A stretch of 64,000 bases of DNA from an uncultured delta proteobacterium (GTDB lineage: Bacteria; Desulfobacterota; RBG-13-43-22). Below, piece by piece: positions 20,217 through 30,154 of the stretch. The notes below the pieces were generated by a model, which did no database searches, had not been told where the DNA came from, and worked only from the letters and a program-made list of their open reading frames with translations. The stretch spans positions 1-64,000 of the forward strand of contig CAWJJC010000005.1 in the NCBI GenBank assembly GCA_963843145.1, written 5' to 3'. How positions within the stretch are numbered: the stretch's first letter is position 1; each line of letters begins with the position of its first letter. The translations under genes and the position numbers were made by a program.

Positions 20217-22808
20217 CTACCCTTTTTTGAACAGCACCTCGCCATTCGGGGTGGCGTCCACGAGAATCTTGTCTTTTTCTCCGAATTCTCCTTCCAGCAG
20301 TTTCAGGGCCAGGGCATCCTGGATCCGGTGTTGAATAACCCGCTTCAGGGGCCGGGCCCCATAGACGGGATCAAAACCCTCTTTGGCCATCAGTTCCCGG
20401 GTGGCGTCCGACAGTTCGATCTCCAAATGACGTTCGGCCAGCCTTTTCTGAAGGATTCCCACCTGAATATCAATAATGGCCTTGATCTGATCGCGGTTCA
20501 GGCTGTGGAAGATGACGATGTCATCGATCCGGTTAAGGAATTCAGGCTTGAAATGGGCCCGCAGGGCCTCCATGACCCGTCGGACCATCTCCTCCCGGTC
20601 CCGCTCGGTCAACTCCACGATATACTGGCTGCCGATGTTGGAGGTCATGATCACCAGGGTGTTCTTGAAATCCACGGTTCGGCCCTGCCCGTCGGTCATC
20701 CGGCCGTCATCGAGGATCTGCAGCAGGGCATTAAAGACCTCCGGGTGGGCCTTTTCAATCTCATCAAAGAGGATCACCGAGTAGGGATGGCGGCGCACCG
20801 CCTCGGTCAGAAATCCCCCTTCCTCATAGCCCACATAACCCGGGGGCGCTCCGATCAATCGAGAAACCGAATGCTTCTCCATGTATTCGGACATATCCAC
20901 CCGCACCATGGCCTGCTCGTCGTCGAACAGAAACTCGGCCAGGGCCTTGGCCAGTTCGGTTTTACCAACCCCGGTGGGCCCCATAAAGATAAACGAGCCG
21001 ATGGGCCGGTTGGGATCCTGCAGGCCGGAACGGGCCCGCCGCACGGCGTTGGCCACCACCCGGAGGGCCTCGTCCTGACCGATGACCCGCTCCCGGATCC
21101 GCTCCTCCATGCGAATAAGCTTTTGTTTTTCGCCTTCCATCATCCGGGCTACCGGGATGCCGGTCCATTTGGCCACCACCTCCGCCACGTCCTCATCGTC
21201 CACTTCCTCTTTGAGCATTTTCTGGCTGCTCTGCAACTCGCTTAACTTCTTATTCTCCTCCTCCAGTTCCCGGTTCAACTCCAAGAGCTTGCCGTAGCGC
21301 AGTTCGGCCGCCCGGGTCAGGTCCCCCTGCCGTTCGGCATTCTGGGACTCGACTTTCATCTGCTCAATCCGCTCCTTGGTTTCCCTGATTTTTTGGATGG
21401 CGGTCTTTTCGAGACCCCAGTGGACCTTCATGATCCGGCTTTTTTCCTGTAAATCGGCCAGTTCCTTCTCAATTTTAGAAAGCCGCTCCCGGGAAGCGGG
21501 ATCCACTTCTTTTTTGAGGGCCTCTTTTTCGATCTCCAACTGGACGATCTTCCGCTCCAGCTCGTCAATCTCCTGGGGCAGGCTGTCGATCTCGATCCGC
21601 AGCTTGGAGGCCGACTCATCGATCAAATCGATGGCCTTGTCCGGAAGGAACCGGTCGGTGATGTAGCGATTGGACAAAGTGGCCGCGGCCACGATGGCCG
21701 AGTCTTTGATCCGCACCCCATGGTGAATCTCATACTTTTCTTTAAGTCCCCGCAAAATACCGATGGTGTCTTCCACCGAAGGTTCGGTTACCAACACGGG
21801 CTGAAAGCGCCTTTCCAGGGCGGCGTCCTTTTCCACGTACTTCCGGTACTCGGTGATGGTGGTGGCGCCCACGCAGCGCAATTCTCCCCGGGCCAGAGCC
21901 GGCTTCAGCATGTTGGAGGCATCCATAGCCCCCTCGGCCTTGCCGGCGCCCACCAGGGTGTGCAACTCATCGATGAAGAGGATGATCTCCCCCTGGGCCT
22001 CGGTCACTTCCTTGAGTACGGCCTTGAGGCGGTCCTCAAATTCACCCCGGTACTTGGCCCCGGCAATCAGGGCCCCCATGTCCAGGGCCACCACCCGCTT
22101 GTTTTTCAGCCCTTCGGGGACATCCCCGCTCACGATCCGCTGAGCCAAACCCTCAACGATGGCCGTTTTCCCCACGCCCGGTTCCCCGATCAGGACCGGA
22201 TTATTTTTGGTCCGCCGGGAAAGGACCTGAATGATCCGCCGCACCTCGTCGTCCCGCCCGATCACCGGGTCCAACTTGCCGCTCCGAGCCAGTTCGGTCA
22301 GATCCCGGGCGTATTTTTCCAAAGGCTGGTATTTTTCCTCCGGGTTGGGATCGGTTACCCGCTGGCTCCCGCGGATGTCCACCAGGGCCTTGAGCAGGGC
22401 TTCCCGGGTGATTCCCAGGGATCCCAGGGCCTGCGCCAGGGGGTCCCCCTTCTGATCGGCCATGAGGATCAAGAGGTGCTCCATGCTCACAAAGTCATCC
22501 CGCATCTGGGAAGCCTCCTTGAAGGAGGCATCCAGGATAGCCTTGAGTCGCGGGGAGAGATAACTTTGTCCGCTGCCGCCTCCGGAAATCGAAGGGATTT
22601 TATCCAGCAGACCCTTCACTGTACTTTTTACTTGATTAGGATTAACCCCCAGTTTCTGCAAAAGGGGGGTGATGATATTATCGGGCTGGTTGAGAAAAGT
22701 AGTCAGCAGATGCTCCGGCTCGATCTGCTGATGTCCCATTCCTTCAGCCAGCGACTGGGCCGACTGGATCGCTTCCTGAACTTTTATGGTAAATTTGTCA
22801 AAACGCAT
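20217..22808 (-). CDS. clpB: Chaperone ClpB
   Basis: Two AAA+ modules ([16 protein letters not shown]), coiled-coil M-domain, [11 protein letters not shown]; GGAGGAG RBS before MRFDKF. Confidence 0.98.
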   Translation of the reverse strand: MRFDKFTIKVQEAIQSAQSLAEGMGHQQIEPEHLLTTFLNQPDNIITPLLQKLGVNPNQVKSTVKGLLDKIPSISGGGSGQSYLSPRLKAILDASFKEASQMRDDFVSMEHLLILMADQKGDPLAQALGSLGITREALLKALVDIRGSQRVTDPNPEEKYQPLEKYARDLTELARSGKLDPVIGRDDEVRRIIQVLSRRTKNNPVLIGEPGVGKTAIVEGLAQRIVSGDVPEGLKNKRVVALDMGALIAGAKYRGEFEDRLKAVLKEVTEAQGEIILFIDELHTLVGAGKAEGAMDASNMLKPALARGELRCVGATTITEYRKYVEKDAALERRFQPVLVTEPSVEDTIGILRGLKEKYEIHHGVRIKDSAIVAAATLSNRYITDRFLPDKAIDLIDESASKLRIEIDSLPQEIDELERKIVQLEIEKEALKKEVDPASRERLSKIEKELADLQEKSRIMKVHWGLEKTAIQKIRETKERIEQMKVESQNAERQGDLTRAAELRYGKLLELNRELEEENKKLSELQSSQKMLKEEVDDEDVAEVVAKWTGIPVARMMEGEKQKLIRMEERIRERVIGQDEALRVVANAVRRARSGLQDPNRPIGSFIFMGPTGVGKTELAKALAEFLFDDEQAMVRVDMSEYMEKHSVSRLIGAPPGYVGYEEGGFLTEAVRRHPYSVILFDEIEKAHPEVFNALLQILDDGRMTDGQGRTVDFKNTLVIMTSNIGSQYIVELTERDREEMVRRVMEALRAHFKPEFLNRIDDIVIFHSLNRDQIKAIIDIQVGILQKRLAERHLEIELSDATRELMAKEGFDPVYGARPLKRVIQHRIQDALALKLLEGEFGEKDKILVDATPNGEVLFKKG

Positions 22809-22837
22809 GGTCTCCTCCAACTAGTTATTTTTACAAA

Positions 22838-22870
22838 AAAATAACCATTACTGCTGATCTTGTCAAGATC
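22838..22870 (-). promoter_or_regulatory. Putative clpB promoter with a palindrome over the -35
   Basis: TTGACA-17 bp-TATTTT on the minus strand; GATCTTG-T-CAAGATC at 22856-22870. Confidence 0.5.
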
Positions 22871-23018
22871 GGCTAATCTAATAAGTAATCATTATCATTA
22901 AATTATTAGAGATACGGAAACGTGTTTCTCAGCTTTCCCACTTCTCACACCTACGGCCTGAAGGACTTATTGCGAAACCATCATTGTTTTCTCTGAATAA
23001 GCTATTATAATTAAAAAG

Positions 23019-23681
23019 ATGAATCGGCGAACTTTTTGCAAACAGGCCGTTTGTCTTTTAACCGGGGTTTCCGGACTAATCGGCCAGGGTTTGGGGGGGA
23101 TTCAGGCAGTCTGGGGAAAGACCATCAACAAAATCCTTCCCCGGGGCACCCCACTGGAAACCCTGATCAACGAAAACCCGGCGCTGGTGGATGCCCGGGA
23201 ACTGGAAATCCAGCCCACGGAAAAATTCGGCACCATGGGTCTCTCCGATCAGGTCACGGATTTAAAAACCTGGAGGCTCACCGTATCCGGCGAGGTCAAA
23301 AAAAGCTTGAGCCTGACCTACGATCAGATCCGGGACCTGCCGGAGATTGAGAAACCGGTTTTATTGATCTGCCCCGGTTTTTTTGCCAATTACGGCCGCT
23401 GGAAGGGGATTTCCATGACGGCCTTAGCCAAAAAAGCAGGTCTAAAAAAAGGCACCAACTATGTCACCGTCGCCGGCCCGGAAGGACCCTATGAAAAGAC
23501 CGCCCGGTTCCCCTGGAAGGATTTCGAGTCGGGCAAGGTCTTTCTAGCCTATCAGGTAAACGGGGAAAACCTCCCGAAAAAGCACGGCTTTCCCCTCCGC
23601 CTGGTGGCCGAGGGGGTCTACGGAACGGACTGGGTCAAGTACGTCTATAAAGTGCAGTTTGATAAAATCGACAACGCTTGA
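23019..23681 (+). CDS. Tat-exported molybdopterin-binding oxidoreductase (sulfite oxidase/MsrP-like)
   Basis: NRRTF Tat motif; WRLTVSGEV; LLICPG; LAYQVNGE.LP.KHGFPLRLV..GTDWVKYV. Confidence 0.85.
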   Translation: MNRRTFCKQAVCLLTGVSGLIGQGLGGIQAVWGKTINKILPRGTPLETLINENPALVDARELEIQPTEKFGTMGLSDQVTDLKTWRLTVSGEVKKSLSLTYDQIRDLPEIEKPVLLICPGFFANYGRWKGISMTALAKKAGLKKGTNYVTVAGPEGPYEKTARFPWKDFESGKVFLAYQVNGENLPKKHGFPLRLVAEGVYGTDWVKYVYKVQFDKIDNA

Positions 23682-23751
23682 CAGGGAACGGCTTTTTCTA
23701 TACTTTGCCAAAGCAGTTGTGGAAAGATCCGGCTGGTTGAAGTCGCGAGTT

Positions 23752-23868
23752 TCACCCACCCCCCTACCCCCGGAGCCTGTCCCGCCGCAGGCCGGGATCA
23801 AGGGAGGGGGAGCTGTTTCGGTCATTTGAATTTTGGTCATTTCTATTTGTTTCGAATTTCGGATTTGA
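23752..23868. repeat. Composite repeat: purine-rich hairpin plus 7-bp periodic arm
   Basis: Reverse complement aligns with 34644-34753. Confidence 0.7.
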
Positions 23869-23871
23869 ACC

Positions 23872-24771
23872 ATGAACACTTACGTCCAAGCCTTACGGCT
23901 GCCATTCCTGACCGGTTCCCTGGTTCCCGTACTTCAGGCCGGGGCCCTGGCCTATCTCAACGGAAGGTCAAACGGTCTGAGTCTCTTCCTGGTTCTGATC
24001 GGAGTCGGCGCCCTGCACACCGCCGGCAACCTGATCAACGATTATTTCGATACGCCGGCCAGCGATAAGGCCAACCGTTACCCCACTCCCTTCAGCGGCG
24101 GCAGTCGGGTGATTCTGGACAATTTGCTCTCGGCCCGCTGGGTCTGGTGGGCCTCGATGGCTTCCTTCGCCCTGGCCGTGGTCATCGGATTGGTTTTCGT
24201 ATTTTCCGGTCGCCCCTACGTGGCCGTAGTGGGACTGCTGGGTCTCCTGGCCGGGCTGCTCTATTCCGCCAATCCCACCCAGTTTATGTCCCGGGGCCTG
24301 GGGGAGATTACCATCTTTTTTGCCTTCGGCCCCCTGATCACCTGGGGAACGGTATATGTCTTGACCGACCAATTTACCGCCCCGGCCTTCTTCCTCGGCT
24401 TTCCCCTGGGGTTTCTGATCACAGCCATCATCTGGATCAACGAGTTTCCGGACTACGAGGCCGACCAAGGGGCAGGCAAACGCAACCTGGTGGTCCGGTT
24501 GGGGCTGGCACCCTCGCGCTGGATTTACGCCGCCCTCATGTTGGCTCCTTTTCCTTTCCTCCTGTTCCTGGTGTTCGGTCAAAAAATGTCCTCCTGGATG
24601 CTTCTGGCCTGGCTGACGCTCCCCCTGGCCCTCAAGGGGATCGGTATCTGCTGGCGGCATTACGAGGAACCCGAGCGAATCGTTGCCGCCCAAGCCCTGA
24701 CCATTCAGACCCACCTGGCCCTCGGACTGCTGATGGTCCTCGGATTGCTTCTCAGCCACTGGGTCAGATGA
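23872..24771 (+). CDS. menA: UbiA-family prenyltransferase (MenA-like)
   Basis: NLINDYFD, FSGGSRV, INEFPDYEAD.GAGKRNLVVRLG; multiple TM helices. Confidence 0.75.
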   Translation: MNTYVQALRLPFLTGSLVPVLQAGALAYLNGRSNGLSLFLVLIGVGALHTAGNLINDYFDTPASDKANRYPTPFSGGSRVILDNLLSARWVWWASMASFALAVVIGLVFVFSGRPYVAVVGLLGLLAGLLYSANPTQFMSRGLGEITIFFAFGPLITWGTVYVLTDQFTAPAFFLGFPLGFLITAIIWINEFPDYEADQGAGKRNLVVRLGLAPSRWIYAALMLAPFPFLLFLVFGQKMSSWMLLAWLTLPLALKGIGICWRHYEEPERIVAAQALTIQTHLALGLLMVLGLLLSHWVR

Positions 24772-24781
24772 AGGCCGATTG

Positions 24782-25204
24782 ATGCGTATCATGGGTTTAG
24801 ATCTGGGCAGCAAAACCATCGGCGTCGCCCTGAGCGACCCGCTGACGATTACCGCCCAGATCCTGACTTCCATCCACCGAACCACATTGGCGAAGGACCT
24901 GGAGACCATCTGGCAACTGGTGGAAGACCATCAAGTCGAGGAACTGGTTATCGGGCTGCCGATCAACATGGACGGCTCACGGGGAGGAGCCGTGGATAAG
25001 GTCGAAACGTTTATCGAGCACCTGAGCGCCCGGCTGACCATCAAGATTATCCCCTGGGACGAACGTCTCTCCACCGTGGCGGCCGAAAGGATCCTTTTGG
25101 AAGGCGATTTGAGCCGGGCCAAAAGGAGAAAGGTCATCGACCGCCTTTCAGCGGCCATCATCCTTCAAGGCTACCTCGACAGCCGCCCCCGAACCCGGGC
25201 CTAA
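24782..25204 (+). CDS. ruvX: YqgF/RuvX pre-16S rRNA nuclease
   Basis: MGLDLGSKTIGVALSD, VIGLP..MDGS, WDERLST, ID..SAAIILQGYLD. Confidence 0.95.
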   Translation: MRIMGLDLGSKTIGVALSDPLTITAQILTSIHRTTLAKDLETIWQLVEDHQVEELVIGLPINMDGSRGGAVDKVETFIEHLSARLTIKIIPWDERLSTVAAERILLEGDLSRAKRRKVIDRLSAAIILQGYLDSRPRTRA

Positions 25205-25210
25205 ACCTTC

Positions 25211-26248
25211 ATGAAACGTTTTCTGGCCGTCCTCGTCTTTGCCTTATTTGTCGCCGGCACCCTGACGTTTAATGCTTTTTATCTTTTTCTGTCTCCTCCG
25301 CCCCCGGATAAACCGGAGGCCAAGATCGTTCGCATTCAGCCGGGGATGGGACTTCGCCCGATCGCCCGGGTCCTGACCGAGGAAGGCCTTATCCAGGACC
25401 CTTATAAATTTATGCTGCTGGCCTGGTGGAGAGGCCTAGGCAAAAAAATCCAATGGGGTGATTTTGAAATTCGCACCGGAGAACCTCCCCTGACCATACT
25501 GGATTATCTGACCTCCGGCAAAACCCTGTTGAAACGAGTGACGATTCCCGAAGGGTTCACCCTCAAACAAATCGCCGAGCGTTTGGCCCGTGAAAATTTA
25601 ACCGCTGCCGACGACTTTCTGGCCTGGAGTCGCGATCGGGTCTGGCTAAGCGAATTGGGCGTGCCGGGAAACTCATTGGAGGGATTTTTGTTTCCGGATA
25701 CTTACATCTTCCACCGAGGGATGCCGGTCCGGATCATGCAGAAGCGGATGGTCAACCGATTCCGGGAGGTCTATCAACGCTGCCGATCAATTGAGGCAGG
25801 GGATCCGCCCCAAGGTCTCAATTTGAATCAATTGGTCACCCTGGCCTCCATTGTCGAAAAAGAAACCGGACAGCCTGCTGAACGTCCCCTGATCGCCTCT
25901 GTCTTCTATAACCGGCTCAGACAAGGCATGGCCCTGCAAAGCGACCCTACGGTGATCTATGGGCTAAAGGACTTCAACGGGGACCTCACCAAAAAGGATC
26001 TCCAACGACCGACCCCCTACAATACTTACGTAAACCCGGGTCTGCCTCCCGGGCCCATCGCCAATCCCGGCGAAGACGCCCTGCGGGCCGTCCTCTACCC
26101 GGCCAAGACCGATTACCTGTATTTCGTCTCCAAAAACAATGGCAGCCATCACTTTTCCAAGAATATCCAGGAACACAACCGGGCCGTGGTTCGATACCAG
26201 CTTTCCGGGAAGTCCGATTCCGCGACTCCAAAAAAAAATAAATTATGA
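25211..26248 (+). CDS. mltG: Endolytic transglycosylase MltG
   Basis: VTIPEG, LEGFLFPDTY, LASIVEKET, LQSDPTVIYG, PYNTY..GLPPGPIANPG. Confidence 0.95.
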   Translation: MKRFLAVLVFALFVAGTLTFNAFYLFLSPPPPDKPEAKIVRIQPGMGLRPIARVLTEEGLIQDPYKFMLLAWWRGLGKKIQWGDFEIRTGEPPLTILDYLTSGKTLLKRVTIPEGFTLKQIAERLARENLTAADDFLAWSRDRVWLSELGVPGNSLEGFLFPDTYIFHRGMPVRIMQKRMVNRFREVYQRCRSIEAGDPPQGLNLNQLVTLASIVEKETGQPAERPLIASVFYNRLRQGMALQSDPTVIYGLKDFNGDLTKKDLQRPTPYNTYVNPGLPPGPIANPGEDALRAVLYPAKTDYLYFVSKNNGSHHFSKNIQEHNRAVVRYQLSGKSDSATPKKNKL

Positions 26249-26290
26249 CCGCTGCGGGATAAGATCTTCATTAAACAGGGGGCATTCCAG

Positions 26291-26551
26291 ATGAATCAGA
26301 AAATTCACGGCCATACGTTTGTGGAACACTATGACGGGATGGTGGGATTCGGGTTTGACCGGGAGACCGACGAAAAATCCCTGATGGTCTACCTGCAAAA
26401 ATTTTCCGACGATGCGCTCCTGGCCGCACTGGTACCTCGATTGAGCGACATCGAAATCCAGGACCTCTTTGAACGGATTTCCCTCCTTCTCAAGAAGCAC
26501 CTGAAAGAAACCGAGTATCACCGTTTATTTCTTAAAGACGAAAACGCCTGA
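26291..26551 (+). CDS. Small cytoplasmic hypothetical protein
   Basis: 86 aa, RBS-like AGGGGG, host-like codons, co-oriented with mltG. Confidence 0.7.
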   Translation: MNQKIHGHTFVEHYDGMVGFGFDRETDEKSLMVYLQKFSDDALLAALVPRLSDIEIQDLFERISLLLKKHLKETEYHRLFLKDENA

Positions 26552-26562
26552 TAGATCGGCCT

Positions 26563-27279
26563 CTATATTTGGCCTTTTAAGTAAGCTTGCCGCCGTTCTT
26601 CCGGAAATCGTTCAATGGCGTAGCGAAGCATGGTCCGGGGCATCTTTTGGTAATGGGTCCGGAGGAACCCTTCCGCGGCAATGAGATCCCGTTTGCCCAC
26701 TTCCCGCAACATCCAGCCCACGGCCTTGTGGATGAGGTCCTGCGGATCCCCGAGCAGCATCTCGGCCATCTGAAATGTTTCCGTGAAAATATTCCGGCGA
26801 ATAAAATAAAGGCTGGCCAAGACGGCCAGACGCCGTTCCCAGAGGTCTTTCGATCGGACCAGACGGCGGGGAATTCTTTTATCCTGGTCGTACAGGTAGG
26901 CCCCCAGGATATGGGGCGCCGACAGATCCACCAGGTCCCAATTATTGATTCGGTGCGTCTGCTTCAGAAAAAAAAGAAAAATATCCCGTCGACGGTCTTC
27001 TTCCCCTTTTTGGAATTGGTGGACCAGAATCAGCAGGGCCAGCAACCGCTCCTCATGGAGCGGTGATGCCAGCAGGGATTCAAGGTCCCTGAAAGACAAA
27101 TCCCGGGCTTCCCGGGCCAGACGTCGGGTAACAGGGACTTTGATACCCAGAAAGATATCCCCTTCTCCGTATTCTCCCGGTCCGGCTTTAAAAAAGCGGG
27201 AAAGGATTTCGGCCTGTTTTTTATCCGCCAGAAGGCGCACTTTATCCCGAAGGGCGGTAAGAGTAAGCGATGTGGTCAT
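26563..27279 (-). CDS. DNA alkylation repair protein (AlkD-like)
   Basis: FFKAGPGEYGEGD.FLGIKVP, INNWDLVD, DLIHKAVGWMLREVGKR, MPRTMLRYAIE. Confidence 0.9.
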   Translation of the reverse strand: MTTSLTLTALRDKVRLLADKKQAEILSRFFKAGPGEYGEGDIFLGIKVPVTRRLAREARDLSFRDLESLLASPLHEERLLALLILVHQFQKGEEDRRRDIFLFFLKQTHRINNWDLVDLSAPHILGAYLYDQDKRIPRRLVRSKDLWERRLAVLASLYFIRRNIFTETFQMAEMLLGDPQDLIHKAVGWMLREVGKRDLIAAEGFLRTHYQKMPRTMLRYAIERFPEERRQAYLKGQI

Positions 27280-27318
27280 ACCTTAGTACGAAAATAGACT
27301 CTATGACCTGCAAGAAGG

Positions 27319-27445
27319 CCAATAATCAATATTCAATTGACAATTAACAATTGATTATTAATTATTAAAGTCAACCGGTTAGGCTTATGCCTGCCCCTTT
27401 GTCTTCATCCTTCGCGGGTGCCCCCCCCCGGGCATGGGGGTTTAA
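27319..27445. repeat. Second copy of the composite intergenic repeat
   Basis: caataatcaat.tcaattgacaatt..caattgattatt and ttcatccttcg..gcatggggg, as at 19889-20085. Confidence 0.65.
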
Positions 27446-27479
27446 GTTTGGACGCCTACCAAAACAACCGAAGAACCTA

Positions 27480-28301
27480 TTAGCCTAATCTACTCAGGGT
27501 ATTGGCCAAATCCGCAAACTGGGCTATCGACAATGTTTCCCCCCGGCTTTGAGAATCTATCTGATTGACATCCAAAGCCTCCCGGATCAATTCCAGCGGA
27601 TAGCGTCCATCGGCGGTCAGCGCGTTTTTCAACTGTTTCCGGCGCTGCCCGAAGGCCGAGCGGACCGTCCACTGAAAAACCTCCTCATTTTCCAAGGGCG
27701 GGGTCAAGCGCTCGCGGAGGCGTATTTGGACAAAGGTGGAGGCTACCTTAGGTTTGGGGAAAAAGGAGCCGGGGCCTAAAGTCAGCAGCGGTTTTACTTC
27801 GGCATAGTAGCCGATCAAAACCGTCAGCAGTCCGTATGTTTTCTGGCCCGGTTTCCCGCTCAAACGATCAGCCACTTCTTTCTGAAGCATCACGTAAGCG
27901 CCCGCCACTATTTCCCGGTGATCAATGATTTTGAACAAAACCGGGGTGGATATATGATACGGCAGGTTGCCGACAAGAAAAAAAGGCCCCCCCAGCAGGT
28001 CAAACCAATTCCGCCAATCGATTTTCAACAGGTCCTCGTGGATCACCTGAATGTTATTCCGACCCGATTGACGAACTTTTTCTTGAAGCTGGGCCGCCAG
28101 GCCGGTATCGATTTCCAGGGCCAGAACAGTGGCTGCTTTTTCAGCCAGCAAAAAGGTTATGGCCCCCTGCCCGGCCCCTAATTCCACTACGGGTTTATCC
28201 GCTGTTAAGGGAATCTGTTCCACAATTCTCCGGGCGGTGGCCGGGTTTCGGAGAAAATTCTGCCCCAGGGATTTCAGGGGCGGCAAGATTTTGAATTCCA
28301 T
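27480..28301 (-). CDS. rsmA: 16S rRNA m6,2A dimethyltransferase
   Basis: KSLGQNFL, ELGAGQG, GNLPYHIST, MLQKEVA, F.PKPKV.S, FGQRRKQL. Confidence 0.95.
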   Translation of the reverse strand: MEFKILPPLKSLGQNFLRNPATARRIVEQIPLTADKPVVELGAGQGAITFLLAEKAATVLALEIDTGLAAQLQEKVRQSGRNNIQVIHEDLLKIDWRNWFDLLGGPFFLVGNLPYHISTPVLFKIIDHREIVAGAYVMLQKEVADRLSGKPGQKTYGLLTVLIGYYAEVKPLLTLGPGSFFPKPKVASTFVQIRLRERLTPPLENEEVFQWTVRSAFGQRRKQLKNALTADGRYPLELIREALDVNQIDSQSRGETLSIAQFADLANTLSRLG

Positions 28302-28305
28302 GATT

Positions 28306-29253
28306 TCAGGCCCCTTGGAGGCCGGATTCTCTGATCCTCTCCGAAATCTTCAGCCGGCCATCCGGGTCCTGGCTGATGGTATACCCGAAAGAAGCGACCA
28401 CTTCCGGAAGCGAGCGGCCCAATAGAAACACCAGATGCTCCGGTCTAAATCCATATTTTTCGCCAAGGAATTCCCGGGTGTGTCGATCAAAGCCCAGTCC
28501 TTCGATCACCCGGTCCTGACTGTCCTTTTTTTGTTCGCCGGCCCGCTTCAACTCCCTCTCCAGATTCAACAGATCACACTTTTCCTCGTGCACCTTGATC
28601 ACTGGAAGAACAGGATCGTCCGGGGCAAAGAGATCCAGGCGGTTTAATGGTCTACCGCTTTCTAACCTCCGAAAACCCTCCGGATTCCAGCACTCCAGGG
28701 TCCGGCACTGAAGCGGACGGTTTTCATAAATCCCGCAGACGCCGGATTCGTTCTGGAAGAAAAGACATTCCCGGGTTCCGGATTTCTCCTGAATCTTAAC
28801 CTGCTCCCGGGAGATTTGAATCAAGTCGTTTCGTTCATTCGAAAAGCCTATTTCGCCCTTTCGGAGCGTCATTAAGTCGGTCCGCTTGATGACCCCCCGG
28901 AGTATCAGCGGCAAATCCTCTTGATAAAGAGAAGGGCTGCCCTTCCGGCAGCAGGTCCCGCATTGGATACAGTACGGCCGGGTGGCGTAGGCCGCCTTTT
29001 CCACCATCCGGGCCAGGCCTTCCCAACCATCCAGCCGTTGCTTTCGGTTCCAGTTTTCCCAAAGCGTAAGCAGCTCCCGATAGGCCCTGGAGCCGGACAC
29101 CTCGATCCAGACGGATTCGACGTCGGCTGGGGATTGGATCTCCAAAAGGATTTCCCGGAGGGCCTGGCGCGTGTGGGTTTCCAATTCGGTCGATAACCCT
29201 TTAAGGAAATCGGTAAATTCGGAAGGGGTTTCTATTTCTTGGAATGTCGACAT
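28306..29253 (-). CDS. YkgJ-family CxxCxxCC cysteine-cluster protein
   Basis: CIQCGTCC..CLFF..CGIYENRPLQCR. Confidence 0.8.
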   Translation of the reverse strand: MSTFQEIETPSEFTDFLKGLSTELETHTRQALREILLEIQSPADVESVWIEVSGSRAYRELLTLWENWNRKQRLDGWEGLARMVEKAAYATRPYCIQCGTCCRKGSPSLYQEDLPLILRGVIKRTDLMTLRKGEIGFSNERNDLIQISREQVKIQEKSGTRECLFFQNESGVCGIYENRPLQCRTLECWNPEGFRRLESGRPLNRLDLFAPDDPVLPVIKVHEEKCDLLNLERELKRAGEQKKDSQDRVIEGLGFDRHTREFLGEKYGFRPEHLVFLLGRSLPEVVASFGYTISQDPDGRLKISERIRESGLQGA

Positions 29254-29322
29254 ACAAATACAGATTCTCTTGTTTAAAGGTTAGAGATAAATTCTTAGAA
29301 TAAAAGGCTTAGAATTTAAAAA

Positions 29323-29481
29323 TTGACGGATTCGCAAAAAGTGTCCCGGTCTGTCATTGCGAGGAGCGAAACGACGAAGCAATCCCCAAGAATCAGCTAG
29401 TTGCCAAGGTGGGGATTGCTTCCCCCGGATCGAGTCCGGGGTCGCAATGACGGCTTTTTCGACTTTTTGCGAAACCATCAA
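29323..29481. repeat. MITE-like palindrome, second copy, with an extra nested hairpin
   Basis: TTGACGGATTCGCAAAAAGT..ACTTTTTGCGAAACCATCAA ends; inner GTCATTGCGA..TCGCAATGAC; CCCCGGA-TCGAG-TCCGGGG insert. Confidence 0.75.
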
Positions 29482-29527
29482 AATTAATATCTTGATAAAA
29501 ACCGGAGGGTAATTTAGAGGAAGAACA

Positions 29528-29773
29528 TTAGTGCAACGGGTAATGCTTTTCAATAATCCGGCGAAAGCGCGGTCGGTAGATAATTTCAAAGGCTTCTTCT
29601 TTGCCCGGAAATAGTACCAGGGCCCATTGTTTGACCCCTTCGACCAGTTTCCAGGAGTCCTCCCGGTTTAAATTTCCTCGGGCCAGGAGGGCGCAAGCCA
29701 AGTCGGTCATCAGGCGCAAGCGTCTGATTTTTCGATTTTCTTCTAAAACTTCAGGATCACAAGAGGTGGCCAA
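29528..29773 (-). CDS. Small hypothetical protein
   Basis: 81 aa, EENRKIRRLR..LFPGKEEAFEIIYRPRFRRII; natural-looking composition; follows another small gene. Confidence 0.65.
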   Translation of the reverse strand: MATSCDPEVLEENRKIRRLRLMTDLACALLARGNLNREDSWKLVEGVKQWALVLFPGKEEAFEIIYRPRFRRIIEKHYPLH

Positions 29774-29797
29774 GGGTCACTTACCAGGGCCCCTATC

Positions 29798-29968
29798 CTA
29801 CTCGAGCAATTTTTTTAGGGGATTGATCACGCTGATAGGCACCGGGGGGGAAACCAGGTATAAGTTCAACAGACGCACATCAAACTTGATTTTCTCCGCC
29901 GCCTCTTCCCAGGAGACTCCTTTCCCTTCCAATTGCTCTTTCAGTTGATGTAATTCATCTTTTTCCAT
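29798..29968 (-). CDS. 56-aa protein, possible XRE-like HTH (absent from the ORF track)
   Basis: AGGAGG RBS. MEKDELHQLKEQLEGKGVSWEEAAEKIKFDVRLLNLYLVSPPVPISVINPLKKLLE*. Confidence 0.65.
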   Translation of the reverse strand: MEKDELHQLKEQLEGKGVSWEEAAEKIKFDVRLLNLYLVSPPVPISVINPLKKLLE

Positions 29969-30154
29969 TTTATTCCTCCTGAAAACTTTCAGACACCTTA
30001 ACGAAAAAAACTATTAACACATCACGGACAATATTTCAACCGGGTATTTGCTGTCCCGTCTCTTGATTCGCGCTCGGGCTGCCGGCGACCTTCTGGTAAA
30101 ACCGTCCGCTATCCTTTTCCACGCCTTGCGCTCGGCGCTCCGCACTCTGCGTTT

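Noticed and set aside
20157-22844. Long antisense ORFs over clpB (likewise over pfk, lysC, copA, cusA)
   Set aside because: Shadow ORFs caused by GC-rich codon bias opposite well-supported genes.
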